From IMG/VR virus record IMGVR_UViG_3300044448_002050, positions 1 to 25,114 of that record: 25,114 nucleotides of DNA; one strand, given 5' to 3'. The notes under the pieces are model-generated. The model ran no database searches. It saw nothing but the letters and a program-made list of their open reading frames with translations, and was not told the origin of the DNA. The DNA comes from a virus (lineage: Duplodnaviria; Caudoviricetes). Positions 13,901 to 23,607 of this stretch are shown here, one piece after another; within the stretch, counting starts at the first letter, position 1, and each line of letters opens with the position of its first letter. The translations under genes were made by a program, and so were the position numbers.

Positions 13901-15075
13901 GCGATTTGCTGCAAGGTTTCTGCAAACTGAGGATTGTCTTTAACCACTTGTTCTGCGGTATTAGTAAACTCTTTTATTTCTTTGTCAATTTCTTTAATGA
14001 CACTAGCCTGATTAACTTTTCCTTTAGGCGCAAGCAATGCCTTTCTAACACCAGTCAAAAATGTAGCATGAAACAATGGAGATCTCTTTATTTCATCCCA
14101 ACCTTCCCCTCTTTTATCAGGATCAGCTAATTTTAACCAATTATCTGTCATCTCTTTTATTGCTGAACCTAAGGATTGAATATGAGCTACAGGGTTTGGA
14201 TTCTCAGCAACAGTCATAAATCCTACAGGAGCTGCTGCTGTAAATAACAGTAGCTCTTTAGCAACTCTTCTGGAAATTGGATCTTCCTCTTTAGGCTCTA
14301 AATACTGTAGCATTGGCTCAAACTGATATGCAGTAGCTTGTCCTTTTATATCTTCAGCTCTTTCAGGGTTTTCTTTAAAAAACTGAATACGCTGTTTAGA
14401 CTGACTCCATGATTCTCTTAAACCATCTAAAAACCCATCATCTTCCTGTTTAGGTGGCTCATCTGCTGCTGCTGTAAAATAGTATTGAGGTTGTTTCACA
14501 CCTTCAATTTTATTAGGCAGATTTATACCAATAGATTCAATCTGTGCTTGTTCTTCCTTAGAAGGGTTTTGCTTTAATAATTTAAGTGAATTATCCTGAT
14601 CAAATTGACTATCATTAATTTTTTGATTATATATTTGTAAAAAAGACTGTACTTCAGGGCTGTCTTTTGGTAATCCAGAATAATTAGAATAAAAAGTAGC
14701 GGGATCATTTTTAGAAACATCAAGAATATTATCAATAATATCTTCTCCAGCTTTTATTCCGCTATCAAGGCTATCAAACTCAAGTAATGTATTACTTCCA
14801 TCCATTACCCTTCCACCCATGCCTCTTATTTTATTTATATTAGCTTGTGTTCTAGGTAAGTTAACACCGTAAGGATTGTTTTTAGCAATGCTGTTTTCTT
14901 GTCGTTTTACAGAGTCGTATATAGCTTGTTTAAAATTAACACCTTCACTCTGTTTGGGAAATAACTCAGGTCTTGCTTTCTGTAAAATTTGTGTTACTTG
15001 ATTGTCATTTAAGCTAGACAGATCTGGTCTTTTGGCTCTATAAAGCTCAATAAGTTTTTGAGTATTATCAGCCAT
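10903..15075 (-). CDS. Large internal virion/DNA ejection protein with C-terminal LPD38-like domain
   Basis: 1390 aa, helical. C-terminal YYRLPK...N.DFFSEKPI...SPARTEYAV motifs. Last of three genes after the nozzle. Confidence 0.75.
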   Translation of the reverse strand: MADNTQKLIELYRAKRPDLSSLNDNQVTQILQKARPELFPKQSEGVNFKQAIYDSVKRQENSIAKNNPYGVNLPRTQANINKIRGMGGRVMDGSNTLLEFDSLDSGIKAGEDIIDNILDVSKNDPATFYSNYSGLPKDSPEVQSFLQIYNQKINDSQFDQDNSLKLLKQNPSKEEQAQIESIGINLPNKIEGVKQPQYYFTAAADEPPKQEDDGFLDGLRESWSQSKQRIQFFKENPERAEDIKGQATAYQFEPMLQYLEPKEEDPISRRVAKELLLFTAAAPVGFMTVAENPNPVAHIQSLGSAIKEMTDNWLKLADPDKRGEGWDEIKRSPLFHATFLTGVRKALLAPKGKVNQASVIKEIDKEIKEFTNTAEQVVKDNPQFAETLQQIARDKVKNTEFNQLVKERFKMRPKPLETPLLAPKTSPKIEKINAEIVNLQETLKSQQLQLSNQNLTGTQRQQINRSIGKIEELIEDNRIKGQQLGYDVKIDITPSDRPEYFTNRKPGQVLSQQQLDKLYLDSSSDIILLPESKGLHEKAQKFYEQSFKEMEGFNKRSWEDLKKSLVAKTVDVSGNVKKAVREKGALGEQAAMLHDLALGSNSKSVMLFEDAAKSIFNGLTKQERKLLDTIIEARRSITIREYKPGYKVGGGYQSNTALLKLMKENDPRKFEKLNARADSFFNEMRVNLKELYDNGLINEKTFNLLKDKDYTRKEFIDYVDPVITYSSGGKKISVGSSGLKRLEEGSAKTVNLDQAGKLFRNINMVQSRIAKNKANIAMRDMIRENPKNGIAIEVKAGEKVPAGYSPISYFEKGKKKEFYLENSLANEWVLADPAVTAQWSTIASYVSGTKMLKAMATGYNPEFALTNFFRDIPYMWFTTTEYSPHLPKFALQLGRDLTSTAKDAFSRSGRYRDYVMEGGGMEFLTHQGGLGKFYKPTGKVTNALEAFKEVAKYAGETSEIWVRLALRERALRNGKSPLKATYEARNYLDFAQGGSFIKAAESLIPYINASTQATRGLLRAPKKDPKAFATKTAWISGTASSLWLANNAVNPKSYEEIDERIKNDNWIITTPFFYKDDRGNKRYMYYRLPKDQGQRVIASSTDAILDYAYNNKVPSDQVLEGLKDLASVVPTADPLPPLLDAYLGYRNNVDFFSEKPIFDDKGRPVEPSAEFNKRTGKAFIDLGEITGMSPARTEYAVKQFTTNRNIWTDLVGGGYKILTEGQDEEATEEFTREMLNKMPGARRFISFTNPYKRDKDLKRTVIEKNTKDKVRREFGDNIWQQFRSGEMTKSEVVKSIKESQYDSDDKSKILKRFIFSAQTRNVRNPGWFYDGKDLDPVTRADYFFRKYANANEEERKVLVKEMNSVQGFTSKKFIQRWNTLTKQYLEQNTP

Positions 15076-16001
15076 TACTTTGCATCTATGCGATAATTTT
15101 CTAAGTTTGTTTGATCCCCACCTGTAAATGTTAATTTCCCAAGATCCTTATCATCAATAATAGTACCTGGAGATAACTTAATTTCATTATTCATTGCTTG
15201 ACCCAAAGAAACTGAAGTAGATAGTGAAGGAGAAATAGTCTCTGGAATTTCATCAAAAAGAGTTAAAAAAGCAGGTTGAGATTTTGTTGGCACAAGATTT
15301 CCTTTTGCATTAGCAATTTGAGCTTCTGTTGCAAATTGTTCTTCACCTGTAGCCTTATTTAATACCTTTTTTGTAGCAGGCTGTTCTGGCGTACCAAATG
15401 CAATATTTGGATTACCTTCTACTTCAGATTCTGTTGCTTGCATTAACTCGCCAGTATTTTTATTGTATGCCCTGTATTTCTTTTCTTCTTTTACTACTCT
15501 TGGAGCGCGTGAAACTTCTTTCCAACTTGGTTTACCAGTATTTTGATCCATTGTGTATGATTCTGTAACAAAGTCATTTCCTACCTTTCTTTCTCTAATC
15601 TCTCCAATTTCATACTTTTTAACTGGAAAACGCTCTTCAGGTATCATGGCATTAAATTCTGTCTTACCAATATTCTGAAGAGATGAATCGTTAAAAACAC
15701 CTGTTGCGGTCACTGCATCATCTAAAGATTCTACGCTAGGATATTTTAATGCCTGAATCTGTAAGGTGTTTAATTCTCTCTTGACTTCTGGATCATTTGT
15801 TAAATTTGCTAATTGACCTATATCATTAGATTTTGTTCTTAATTCTTGATCAAGTATTTTTTGTTGTTTTTTCCTTTCTTCCCTTTCCTTCATAGCATTT
15901 TGCAAAGCGGTAGTTCCACCTTGTATTGCTCCTGCTGCAAATGCACTCGCGACAGCTTCTGCCATATTTGGTCTTTTCTTTACTTTAAATTTAAAAGCCA
16001 T
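15075..16001 (-). CDS. Putative internal virion/ejection protein
   Basis: Ala/Gly-rich N-terminal helix plus coiled coil. Two NKxTGE..ATE repeats. Synteny. Confidence 0.65.
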   Translation of the reverse strand: MAFKFKVKKRPNMAEAVASAFAAGAIQGGTTALQNAMKEREERKKQQKILDQELRTKSNDIGQLANLTNDPEVKRELNTLQIQALKYPSVESLDDAVTATGVFNDSSLQNIGKTEFNAMIPEERFPVKKYEIGEIRERKVGNDFVTESYTMDQNTGKPSWKEVSRAPRVVKEEKKYRAYNKNTGELMQATESEVEGNPNIAFGTPEQPATKKVLNKATGEEQFATEAQIANAKGNLVPTKSQPAFLTLFDEIPETISPSLSTSVSLGQAMNNEIKLSPGTIIDDKDLGKLTFTGGDQTNLENYRIDAK

Positions 16002-16002
16002 A

Positions 16003-16788
16003 TTAAGTTACTCCTCCTGGTTCTGATCCTCCACCACCTGCCAGAGCATTTACTGCTAGTGTACCAAGTAATGTTGCTCCTTGACCTAAAACACTCTCCC
16101 ACCACTCAGGTTGAGAATCTAATTCTGATTGTATTCTTGCTCTGTCTGTTGATGACTGCGTTAAAAACTTACTCATAGCATCAGCAAGTTGAGCTTGATT
16201 GTATTCAGCACTAATTTCTGTAGGGACAAATTGAGCTAACTGTTCCTGAGTTTTTGCCTTACTACCTGCAAGTAAATCTTGTAATGTTCTACCAGATTGC
16301 TCTTGTATTTGTGGTGTTATAGCTTCTATCTGTGCCTGATCACCACCTGACCCTAAGATAATTCTTTGAAGATTACTTAGCATTTGCCCCTGCCTTCTGG
16401 CAGATACATTTTGAGCAAGATCTTCTCGTAACCTTCCTGCTTCTGTAATCCGATCTTCAAACTTAGAAACATCTTCTTCTAAACCTTCTCTGCGCTCAAT
16501 TTCACGATTTGCAGCTTGTGCCTCTTCAGCAGTGGTATAAGTTGTGCCATCTGATGCAGAATATGTTTTATCAGCATTCCATTCTATACCCTGACTGGCT
16601 AGTGCATTTAATTCCCTAGCTTTATCGTTTGCATTGGCAAGAGCTTCTGGTTGTTTTCTACCTTTTGTACTATAGCTCAATCCCACACCCTTATTATCAT
16701 TTTCTGTATCAATGATAACATAAGCCTTTGTGTACCTGTCTCCCCAAATATTTGTATCAAACTGTGGCATTACCTGATATCTACCCAT
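16003..16788 (-). CDS. Putative internal virion/ejection protein
   Basis: Gln/Ala-rich helices with a hydrophobic Gly-rich C-terminus. SD GAGGTG. Synteny. Confidence 0.65.
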   Translation of the reverse strand: MGRYQVMPQFDTNIWGDRYTKAYVIIDTENDNKGVGLSYSTKGRKQPEALANANDKARELNALASQGIEWNADKTYSASDGTTYTTAEEAQAANREIERREGLEEDVSKFEDRITEAGRLREDLAQNVSARRQGQMLSNLQRIILGSGGDQAQIEAITPQIQEQSGRTLQDLLAGSKAKTQEQLAQFVPTEISAEYNQAQLADAMSKFLTQSSTDRARIQSELDSQPEWWESVLGQGATLLGTLAVNALAGGGGSEPGGVT

Positions 16789-16833
16789 AATTCACCTCTT
16801 TAATGTTATATAACTCTTTATTTTTATTAAGTT

Positions 16834-17625
16834 TCATATTACCTCTTCAAATATCATAATTCCATTTAATGATGCTACTTTACGATTTGTAGGATTATTA
16901 ACAGTGGCTGTCATAACCCAATGTCCAAATTTTGGAATAATAATATTAGAAAAATCTTCATTATTGTAACGCGTATAAGAACTTACAACTGTAGATGTCA
17001 ATGTCTGACTCAAAGTACCTAGACTAGATAAAGAAGTGTCGTAAGCAGTTCCTGACATTACAATACTTGTTGAGCTGCGGTCATCACTACCAGAAGTAAT
17101 ATGAGTTGCGGTAATAATAACAGTTTTTAATTTACATCTAAAGGGGACAACCGCATGACCGTTAGCACTACCTAAAGTGGCAGTTGCTGTCCCACCAATA
17201 ATTTTATCCATTAAAGATTGATCTTGAATACCTGGAACAATTACTGCACTACCAATGTATGTATCTCCACTACTTGAATCAGTAAAAGATCTAGCGTAAA
17301 ATGGGAAATTAAAGGTTCTTGGAATGGTACGATTTAAAATTCGTGTAATATTTGCTGAATAACGCGTTAATAAAGATACAAAATCATTATTAATCTCTTC
17401 ATGTATAACATTCTTGTCTATTGTATCAAATTCTAAAGTTAATTCAGTATAATTCCATTCCCCTTGTAGCTTAACTCCAAATACCTTTTTTCCATTATTG
17501 ATACATACACACATATCCCCATCGCTACCTTCTCCACTAGAATACAATCCATGCTTTAATGGTAGCAAGGTATCTTGTTTTGTTTCCAGTTCAGTAAAAA
17601 GTAAATCCTGTGTTACATCAGACAT
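16834..17625 (-). CDS. Putative tail/virion structural protein
   Basis: Coupled to the nozzle gene (TAATG). Ser/Thr-rich beta-type C-terminus. Confidence 0.6.
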   Translation of the reverse strand: MSDVTQDLLFTELETKQDTLLPLKHGLYSSGEGSDGDMCVCINNGKKVFGVKLQGEWNYTELTLEFDTIDKNVIHEEINNDFVSLLTRYSANITRILNRTIPRTFNFPFYARSFTDSSSGDTYIGSAVIVPGIQDQSLMDKIIGGTATATLGSANGHAVVPFRCKLKTVIITATHITSGSDDRSSTSIVMSGTAYDTSLSSLGTLSQTLTSTVVSSYTRYNNEDFSNIIIPKFGHWVMTATVNNPTNRKVASLNGIMIFEEVI

Positions 17626-20606
17626 TATGGATTACTCCCTAATAGATCATAATCAATATCAATAGATTCTAATTTTAATTCTCTTGTTGCTGATGTGATC
17701 TTTACTGATAAAGTCTTACCCACTGCACGCATAGCTTTACTAATATTTACAATACTAGACTTAACGGGAAAGGTTAATGTTTCCGTTGCAGATGATCCTG
17801 TTCCTGATTCTCCTGCATAGATTGTCACTGTTAATTCAGCAGCAGATTGATAAGTGATATTAATTTTTTTAAATCTTTTTTGTAACTCTGGCGAACCAAA
17901 ATCAAAACGCTTAGTAGTAACCGTTAAATTATCCGTATTCTGAGAGCCAGTACCTACAACCCTTACTGTTGATGCTCCTGAAGTAACATTAAAAAACTGA
18001 GCGCGTAGACTTGTACCATATACATAATTACTTCTAGTGCGAATATTAGTCGCATCAATAGTACGCTTAACCCAACTTCCATTATCCAAATTCATTACAT
18101 AAATAGAGGAATCATCTGCATCATACATGACATACAACTCATTATCTAAAGCATTATATCCGACAGCAGTTTGATCAAAGGTTAACGCCTGGTAAGTATA
18201 TCTAATATTAAAGGTAAGTTCGCTGGTTTGTGTAGGGGTTACACTAAATACACCTACTTCACTTGCACAGATTAATCCAAGCGGTGACTCAATGACCGCG
18301 TGCTTATGTACTGCGCCTACGCCCTGAAAAACCCTCTCTAATTGATGGCGTTGATTATAGACATAAACATGATTAGTTTTAAAAACAAACAATTTATCTC
18401 TATATGCCATTAAGCGCGTGATCTTATCGCCATCATTTCTACCAATATCAAAATATTTACCAGCCATCACTGCATCTAACATAAAAGGATCAGTAAAATA
18501 TATTCTATTTTTTTCTCTAGCAGTTTGATCATTCTCATCAACAGTATCTATATCGGCATAATAACCGCGATGATTTACTACAGCAGAAGTATTCCATTTA
18601 ATTTCTGCTAACTTTGCTTTTGCAGCTCTACCAGTTAATGAGCTATATGTAGCTAATTTTAACCCATCAAAAGGTATATACCATGTAGTGACCTTATCGC
18701 TTAACGCGCTATGTGTAGAAATCCGATTTTGTTGAATAACATTAGATGTAGTAGCAGCATAATTATTGACACGATTAATATTATTATACTTTCTAAAATT
18801 AATTTTAGAATTAGTATTAGTAACGGAAGTAATAGGAGTAAAAAAAGAACTCAATCTATTGAACTGGGTTCTCATATTACTGCTATCATTGGTTTCTTTA
18901 CGAGATAAAATTGCTATACCACTACTGGTGTTACTAAAGTTATTATTTTGACCGCTCCAGTAACTTGCATTTAAAGTAAATTGAGGAGAACCTCCATCTA
19001 CTGCATTAGTTACATCATCTGTCGCAACTGAATTAGGGCATGGTAACCAGTACCCATAATTTTTTAAAGCATATTCATTATATACATTAGAAGAATAAAA
19101 TGGTGATAAACCACTATCTCCAGTAATATTATTATCAGGTAAACTAGCAAGAGGACTATCAGAATACCCTCTATTAATATCTAAAGTATCTACTAAATAC
19201 CAGTCTACATCATCTTTAGGTTGCCAATAGATATTTAACCCAGTAATTCTTGGATTATGATAACCAGCAGATGTAATACCATTTAATACTAAATTAATCG
19301 CTCTACCTTTTTGTGGTGAGCTACGATAGAAAATAGATGCTCCAGAAGCGTGTTCTTTTGCTTGAGAATTTAACTGACCGCGCCTAACATACAATGTGTT
19401 ACTACTAATTGCGGTAATAAACATCACTTCTTCATCAATCTTGATATAAGTATAGGTTGAAAATAATGTTCCATCTGATACGCTTATATCATCTTCTGTA
19501 AGATCTAATGCTTCAGTAGTAGTACCATTGCTATCTGATTCTTCATCTGAACCTTTTACTACTTCAAAACCAGTAATTCCTATTTCACCATCACGATTTA
19601 ATGATAAAGAAGACTCCTGTACATAATCATAAAGATAGGTTACTGCCCATCTATCTGCTGGATCAAATGTTTCATTATCCATAGCATTAACCCAAGCATT
19701 ATGTTCATCACTCTCTGTATCGGGAGTAGAACTAACAGAATACTTTGTTCTTGGTTCATACACAAATAAGCCAACATCGGTATTATTATTTAAAGTAGTA
19801 AAGGTTAAAGTTTGTTCATCTAAGTCACCACCTGTTGTAGCAGCACTAATGACAAAGTTGTTATCATCTGTAATCTGTGTAATATATGCACCAGAGGGGA
19901 TATTACCGCCTGCAACTACCATACCTACCGATAAACCTAATGTATCATTTTCTGTGGCGATAGCGGTGCTATTATTATAACTACAATCTGATAATGAAAT
20001 TAAGCCATCGTGAGCCATATTCATCTTAACAATCGTAGGTGGTTCTAATTTTGCATCTTTAACATACCAATCATTAATTGTACCATTATGTGTTACCACC
20101 GCAAATCGAGGAACTTGTGTACTGGCATCTGTATTGGCATCTCCTAAAGTAATATTTTGTCCAAAAATATCTCTTTTAATATGACCAAACCACTTTGTAG
20201 TGTTGGTAAAGCTACCATCAGATATTCTTAATATTTGGTTATGAGCTAAAAAATCATATATAGGTGATCCAGACCACCCTGTAGTGATATCAGTAAATGT
20301 TCCACCGCTACCATCTGCTGTATCTTGCCTACGCAATACAGTGCCATTTCCCATCACCCACCAACGAGTAGATGTATCAGCATCTGCTGCATTTTTTTCA
20401 GTTCTATATAAAATTAATTCTGTCTGAACATCAGTTAAACTGGTAATACCACCGCTAGAATCAGAATCATTCAAAAACTTTTCTAAACGACCTGGCTTTC
20501 TATTTCTTACATTTTCAAAAGCAGTATATTGATTTTCTGATATATCAAATTCAGATTGATTTGTGACTAAACCACCTGAGAAATTCCTAATTTGCAATCT
20601 TGGCAT
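17625..20606 (-). CDS. Tail nozzle / tubular protein B-like (P22 gp10-like stabilization protein)
   Basis: N-terminal NFSGGL, beta-propeller-like C-terminal half, TTKRFDFGSPELQKRF motif. Follows the adaptor. Confidence 0.75.
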   Translation of the reverse strand: MPRLQIRNFSGGLVTNQSEFDISENQYTAFENVRNRKPGRLEKFLNDSDSSGGITSLTDVQTELILYRTEKNAADADTSTRWWVMGNGTVLRRQDTADGSGGTFTDITTGWSGSPIYDFLAHNQILRISDGSFTNTTKWFGHIKRDIFGQNITLGDANTDASTQVPRFAVVTHNGTINDWYVKDAKLEPPTIVKMNMAHDGLISLSDCSYNNSTAIATENDTLGLSVGMVVAGGNIPSGAYITQITDDNNFVISAATTGGDLDEQTLTFTTLNNNTDVGLFVYEPRTKYSVSSTPDTESDEHNAWVNAMDNETFDPADRWAVTYLYDYVQESSLSLNRDGEIGITGFEVVKGSDEESDSNGTTTEALDLTEDDISVSDGTLFSTYTYIKIDEEVMFITAISSNTLYVRRGQLNSQAKEHASGASIFYRSSPQKGRAINLVLNGITSAGYHNPRITGLNIYWQPKDDVDWYLVDTLDINRGYSDSPLASLPDNNITGDSGLSPFYSSNVYNEYALKNYGYWLPCPNSVATDDVTNAVDGGSPQFTLNASYWSGQNNNFSNTSSGIAILSRKETNDSSNMRTQFNRLSSFFTPITSVTNTNSKINFRKYNNINRVNNYAATTSNVIQQNRISTHSALSDKVTTWYIPFDGLKLATYSSLTGRAAKAKLAEIKWNTSAVVNHRGYYADIDTVDENDQTAREKNRIYFTDPFMLDAVMAGKYFDIGRNDGDKITRLMAYRDKLFVFKTNHVYVYNQRHQLERVFQGVGAVHKHAVIESPLGLICASEVGVFSVTPTQTSELTFNIRYTYQALTFDQTAVGYNALDNELYVMYDADDSSIYVMNLDNGSWVKRTIDATNIRTRSNYVYGTSLRAQFFNVTSGASTVRVVGTGSQNTDNLTVTTKRFDFGSPELQKRFKKINITYQSAAELTVTIYAGESGTGSSATETLTFPVKSSIVNISKAMRAVGKTLSVKITSATRELKLESIDIDYDLLGSNP

Positions 20607-21301
20607 TAAAAATCCTTATAATTAATGCTAAACTTTGGCTCTCCTGATCTACGCTGACGATCCATTACTACTTTTTCTTTCCATTCTAACCATTCATTCT
20701 TGAAATACGGTATCATATTCATATCTCTAAGTCTTTCTGCTGTTTTCCATGCTCCATAATAAATTAAACATTCGTGATAACGAGTATCTATCATAGGTAC
20801 ATCTGAATCACCAGATAATGTAGTAGGTAAATGATAGTAATATACTTTGATTACCTTAACTACTTGAGGAATAGGAAAGATTCCTAAGTTGACATCGTTA
20901 ATATAATATCCATAAGCAGAAGGCATTTGGACATCACCGACATCACTGGAAATATTATGAATCTGATCCATACCAATACGAGTCATTTGATCACCATCAA
21001 AGTCTACTCGATAAATACGAGTCATATTTGCAAGATTCTGGCTTGTGTCGCTAGTTCCAGGAGCGGGATTTTCTACAACTGTCCATGTATTTACTGTAAC
21101 ACCATTACCAGTAAGTATTTGGTATTCTCCAGTACCTGCAACACTATTTCTTGTTGCATATCCATAAAACAAATTTGCTTCATCAGCTAAAATAATTTGA
21201 CCTTTATTTATCAAATCTGTTAATACAGCATCTGCAACTACACTGGTATCTTCTACGCCAGTAATATTTCTTATTTCGGTTCTAATTTGAGTTAATGTCA
21301 T
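20606..21301 (-). CDS. Head-tail adaptor / tail tubular protein A-like
   Basis: MTLTQIRTEIR...LINKG...IFPIP...P.IDTRYHECLIYY pattern. Directly after the MCP. Confidence 0.78.
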   Translation of the reverse strand: MTLTQIRTEIRNITGVEDTSVVADAVLTDLINKGQIILADEANLFYGYATRNSVAGTGEYQILTGNGVTVNTWTVVENPAPGTSDTSQNLANMTRIYRVDFDGDQMTRIGMDQIHNISSDVGDVQMPSAYGYYINDVNLGIFPIPQVVKVIKVYYYHLPTTLSGDSDVPMIDTRYHECLIYYGAWKTAERLRDMNMIPYFKNEWLEWKEKVVMDRQRRSGEPKFSINYKDF

Positions 21302-21308
21302 AATCTCT

Positions 21309-21342
21309 CTAAGGCGGGGCGAGCAAAATGCCCGCCCCTTAG
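21309..21342 (-). terminator. GC-rich stem-loop after major capsid gene (no U-tract)
   Basis: GGGGCGGGC-ATTTT-GCTCGCCCC, flanked by CTAA...TTAG. Confidence 0.55.
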
Positions 21343-21353
21343 TTAGTTACTGA

Positions 21354-22340
21354 TTACAGATCAGTACGCTTACTGATATACTGAATACAACCATAGTCCT
21401 TACTGTTGAAAGCAGTCCTAGATACACCATATATCTTACCACCTGCAACACCGAGCTTATTACCATAATCAAATGATTTTTCCACCCAGGTCATATCACC
21501 AACATTACCCATACAGCCAGCACCTGCTCCTAAAAACAAGTTTCTTGCACCTGCTTGACTATTATAAGTACCTGTTGTAATACCTTCATGCTCATGGATT
21601 ACTACTCCATCATAGATTCCTAAAGAACCTGTGAATAGAGGGTTATCATCGCCACGAACATTCGCTTCACGCTGTGCTTGTGTCCATCCATCTAACTTAA
21701 AAAGGTCATACGCAACTTCAGGGTGAATTAAAAGAACATAATAGTCTTTTCCTTCTACCTTAATTGGCTTCATTTTCCAAGTTCCAGTTCCACCAAGCTG
21801 TGCAATACGCTTTAATCTGCTAATATCTTCCAACTGAATCTGACCATTAGAAGCTAAACTTCCAGATTGGTCAGAATTACTATAAGTTGAACCAGCAGAA
21901 GTAACAGCAAGTACATTACCAAATGTACCTGAAGTAGCAGTCATAGCTGAAAAGATTTGTGCATCAATATCTTCTGCATATACTCTTTTTAACTGAGACA
22001 TAGCTTCATTTCTAAAGTTGTAAAGAACTTTACTATTGTCAAAGTTACCTGCGTTTGTTACACCAAATCTTCTTTGAGAAGTGGTAACTGTTAAAGAGTA
22101 GCTTGACAAACCATCTTCGTTACCTTCTAAAGAAGAATCACCTGTAACTACTGTTCCTGTTAATCCTACAAGACCAAAAGTAACATCTTTACCTTTGCCT
22201 TCATCCATCGCCTTTTCAACGATCATTGATTCAAATGTGTCCCCCATGAACTTAGAGAAATAAATCTCTTTTCCAACTTCATAAGCAAGTTGCTTCGCCC
22301 ATCTTGATACATTTAAACCTGATGCCCATTCATGTGCCAT
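21354..22340 (-). CDS. Major capsid protein (N4-gp56/DUF4043-like, HK97 fold)
   Basis: LEGNED.L, YVLLIHPEVAYDL, DNPLFTGSLGIYDGVVIHE, E..FDYGN motifs. SD AAGGAGGT. Confidence 0.92.
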   Translation of the reverse strand: MAHEWASGLNVSRWAKQLAYEVGKEIYFSKFMGDTFESMIVEKAMDEGKGKDVTFGLVGLTGTVVTGDSSLEGNEDGLSSYSLTVTTSQRRFGVTNAGNFDNSKVLYNFRNEAMSQLKRVYAEDIDAQIFSAMTATSGTFGNVLAVTSAGSTYSNSDQSGSLASNGQIQLEDISRLKRIAQLGGTGTWKMKPIKVEGKDYYVLLIHPEVAYDLFKLDGWTQAQREANVRGDDNPLFTGSLGIYDGVVIHEHEGITTGTYNSQAGARNLFLGAGAGCMGNVGDMTWVEKSFDYGNKLGVAGGKIYGVSRTAFNSKDYGCIQYISKRTDL

Positions 22341-22353
22341 AGTTCATACCTCC

Positions 22354-22776
22354 TTACAGGTCTTTACTAGCAACGTAACGACACCATATCATTACCTTTG
22401 CTGTGTCTGCTGCATTTACAAATGTGACATCAATAGTATCAGCAGAAGAAAAATATTCTCCACCTGCTTTTGCTCCTGCGCCATCTTCAAGACTATTGTA
22501 TACAGCGTTTGCTACATTTCCATCTACTCCATCAAGAAATCCATCTGGATCAGATGCTCCTACGTCTATGGTCATTGTTGCACCTTCAGCAGTCATTATT
22601 AAAAGTCCTACTTCGGTTACTAATGTACCAGCAGGGATGCTTAAAGCCTCCCATTGATCGCCTGCACCAATATTTACTGATGCGGTATCTAAAATAGCTG
22701 ACATAAATCCCTGAGGCACACCAAGTTGACTCACAGATGATAGAAAGCTATCTGAATAAGCCTGGTCTACAGCCAT
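22354..22776 (-). CDS. Putative capsid cement/decoration protein
   Basis: Beta-rich: LSIPAGTLV...TIDVG..DPDGFLDG...ADTIDV. SD AAGGAGG. Confidence 0.7.
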   Translation of the reverse strand: MAVDQAYSDSFLSSVSQLGVPQGFMSAILDTASVNIGAGDQWEALSIPAGTLVTEVGLLIMTAEGATMTIDVGASDPDGFLDGVDGNVANAVYNSLEDGAGAKAGGEYFSSADTIDVTFVNAADTAKVMIWCRYVASKDL

Positions 22777-22802
22777 CTTATCCTCCTTCTATTAATCGTT
22801 CA

Positions 22803-23573
22803 TTAACCAGCAGAAGTCTGTTCTAAAGCCTTTCTACGGACATCTTCAGGTAGTTTATTCCAATCTGCCTGAGAGATGGCATCAAAGTCAATCGCAGTTT
22901 TATTCCCACCAGTAGCGTTAGAAAGTGTTGTTGGCACTTCATCTGCTTGGGTGAGTTTTTCTGTGACTTGTTTTACGCCTTCCGTTTTTGCTTTACTCTT
23001 CTCCTGGTTTAAAGTCATAAGCGTGTACGCATCTTCAATTTGTGCGATCCCACGCTCATCTCCGAATTTGGCAACAGCTTGGAGTGCTTCATTGGACATA
23101 TCAGGGTGTGATTTAATAAAACCATCAATCATATCCTGTTGAGCTTGCTTCATTCGTTTCTCATTGATCTCTCTTTCTTGTATTTTGCGCTGTTCAGCGA
23201 ATTGTTTTTCTACGATTTTAGAGATATGTGGGGTGAATGAATTAGCATCATACGGATCTAATTCTGGTAATTCTGGCTCTACTTTCTGTGGAGCGGTATT
23301 TACCCTGATTTCATCAAGTGACTTACGCAGTTCACCAAGTTCATTGGTCTGCCTGCCATTGAGTTCCTGAAGATTCCTATAAGACTTATCTGTATTTGAA
23401 GCATATTCTACCAACTCATCCACAGAAGAAAATTCTTTGTCTCCGACTTTGTAGCTTTGTGTTTCTGCAACAGGTGTCTCTGCTGTTTGCTCTGTTACAT
23501 TTGATTCTGGAGAATCTGTGGCAGTGCCATCCAATTCTTTAGCCTCATCAATGTAGTTTACTTGCTCTTCCAT
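22803..23573 (-). CDS. Capsid scaffolding protein
   Basis: Acidic N-terminus, coiled coils (YRNLQELNGRQTNELGELRK), short C-terminal helix-loop-helix. Lies between portal and MCP. Confidence 0.82.
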   Translation of the reverse strand: MEEQVNYIDEAKELDGTATDSPESNVTEQTAETPVAETQSYKVGDKEFSSVDELVEYASNTDKSYRNLQELNGRQTNELGELRKSLDEIRVNTAPQKVEPELPELDPYDANSFTPHISKIVEKQFAEQRKIQEREINEKRMKQAQQDMIDGFIKSHPDMSNEALQAVAKFGDERGIAQIEDAYTLMTLNQEKSKAKTEGVKQVTEKLTQADEVPTTLSNATGGNKTAIDFDAISQADWNKLPEDVRRKALEQTSAG

Positions 23574-23607
23574 TGTACCTTGTCCTTTGTTTCGGGGGTG
23601 TTATGAA

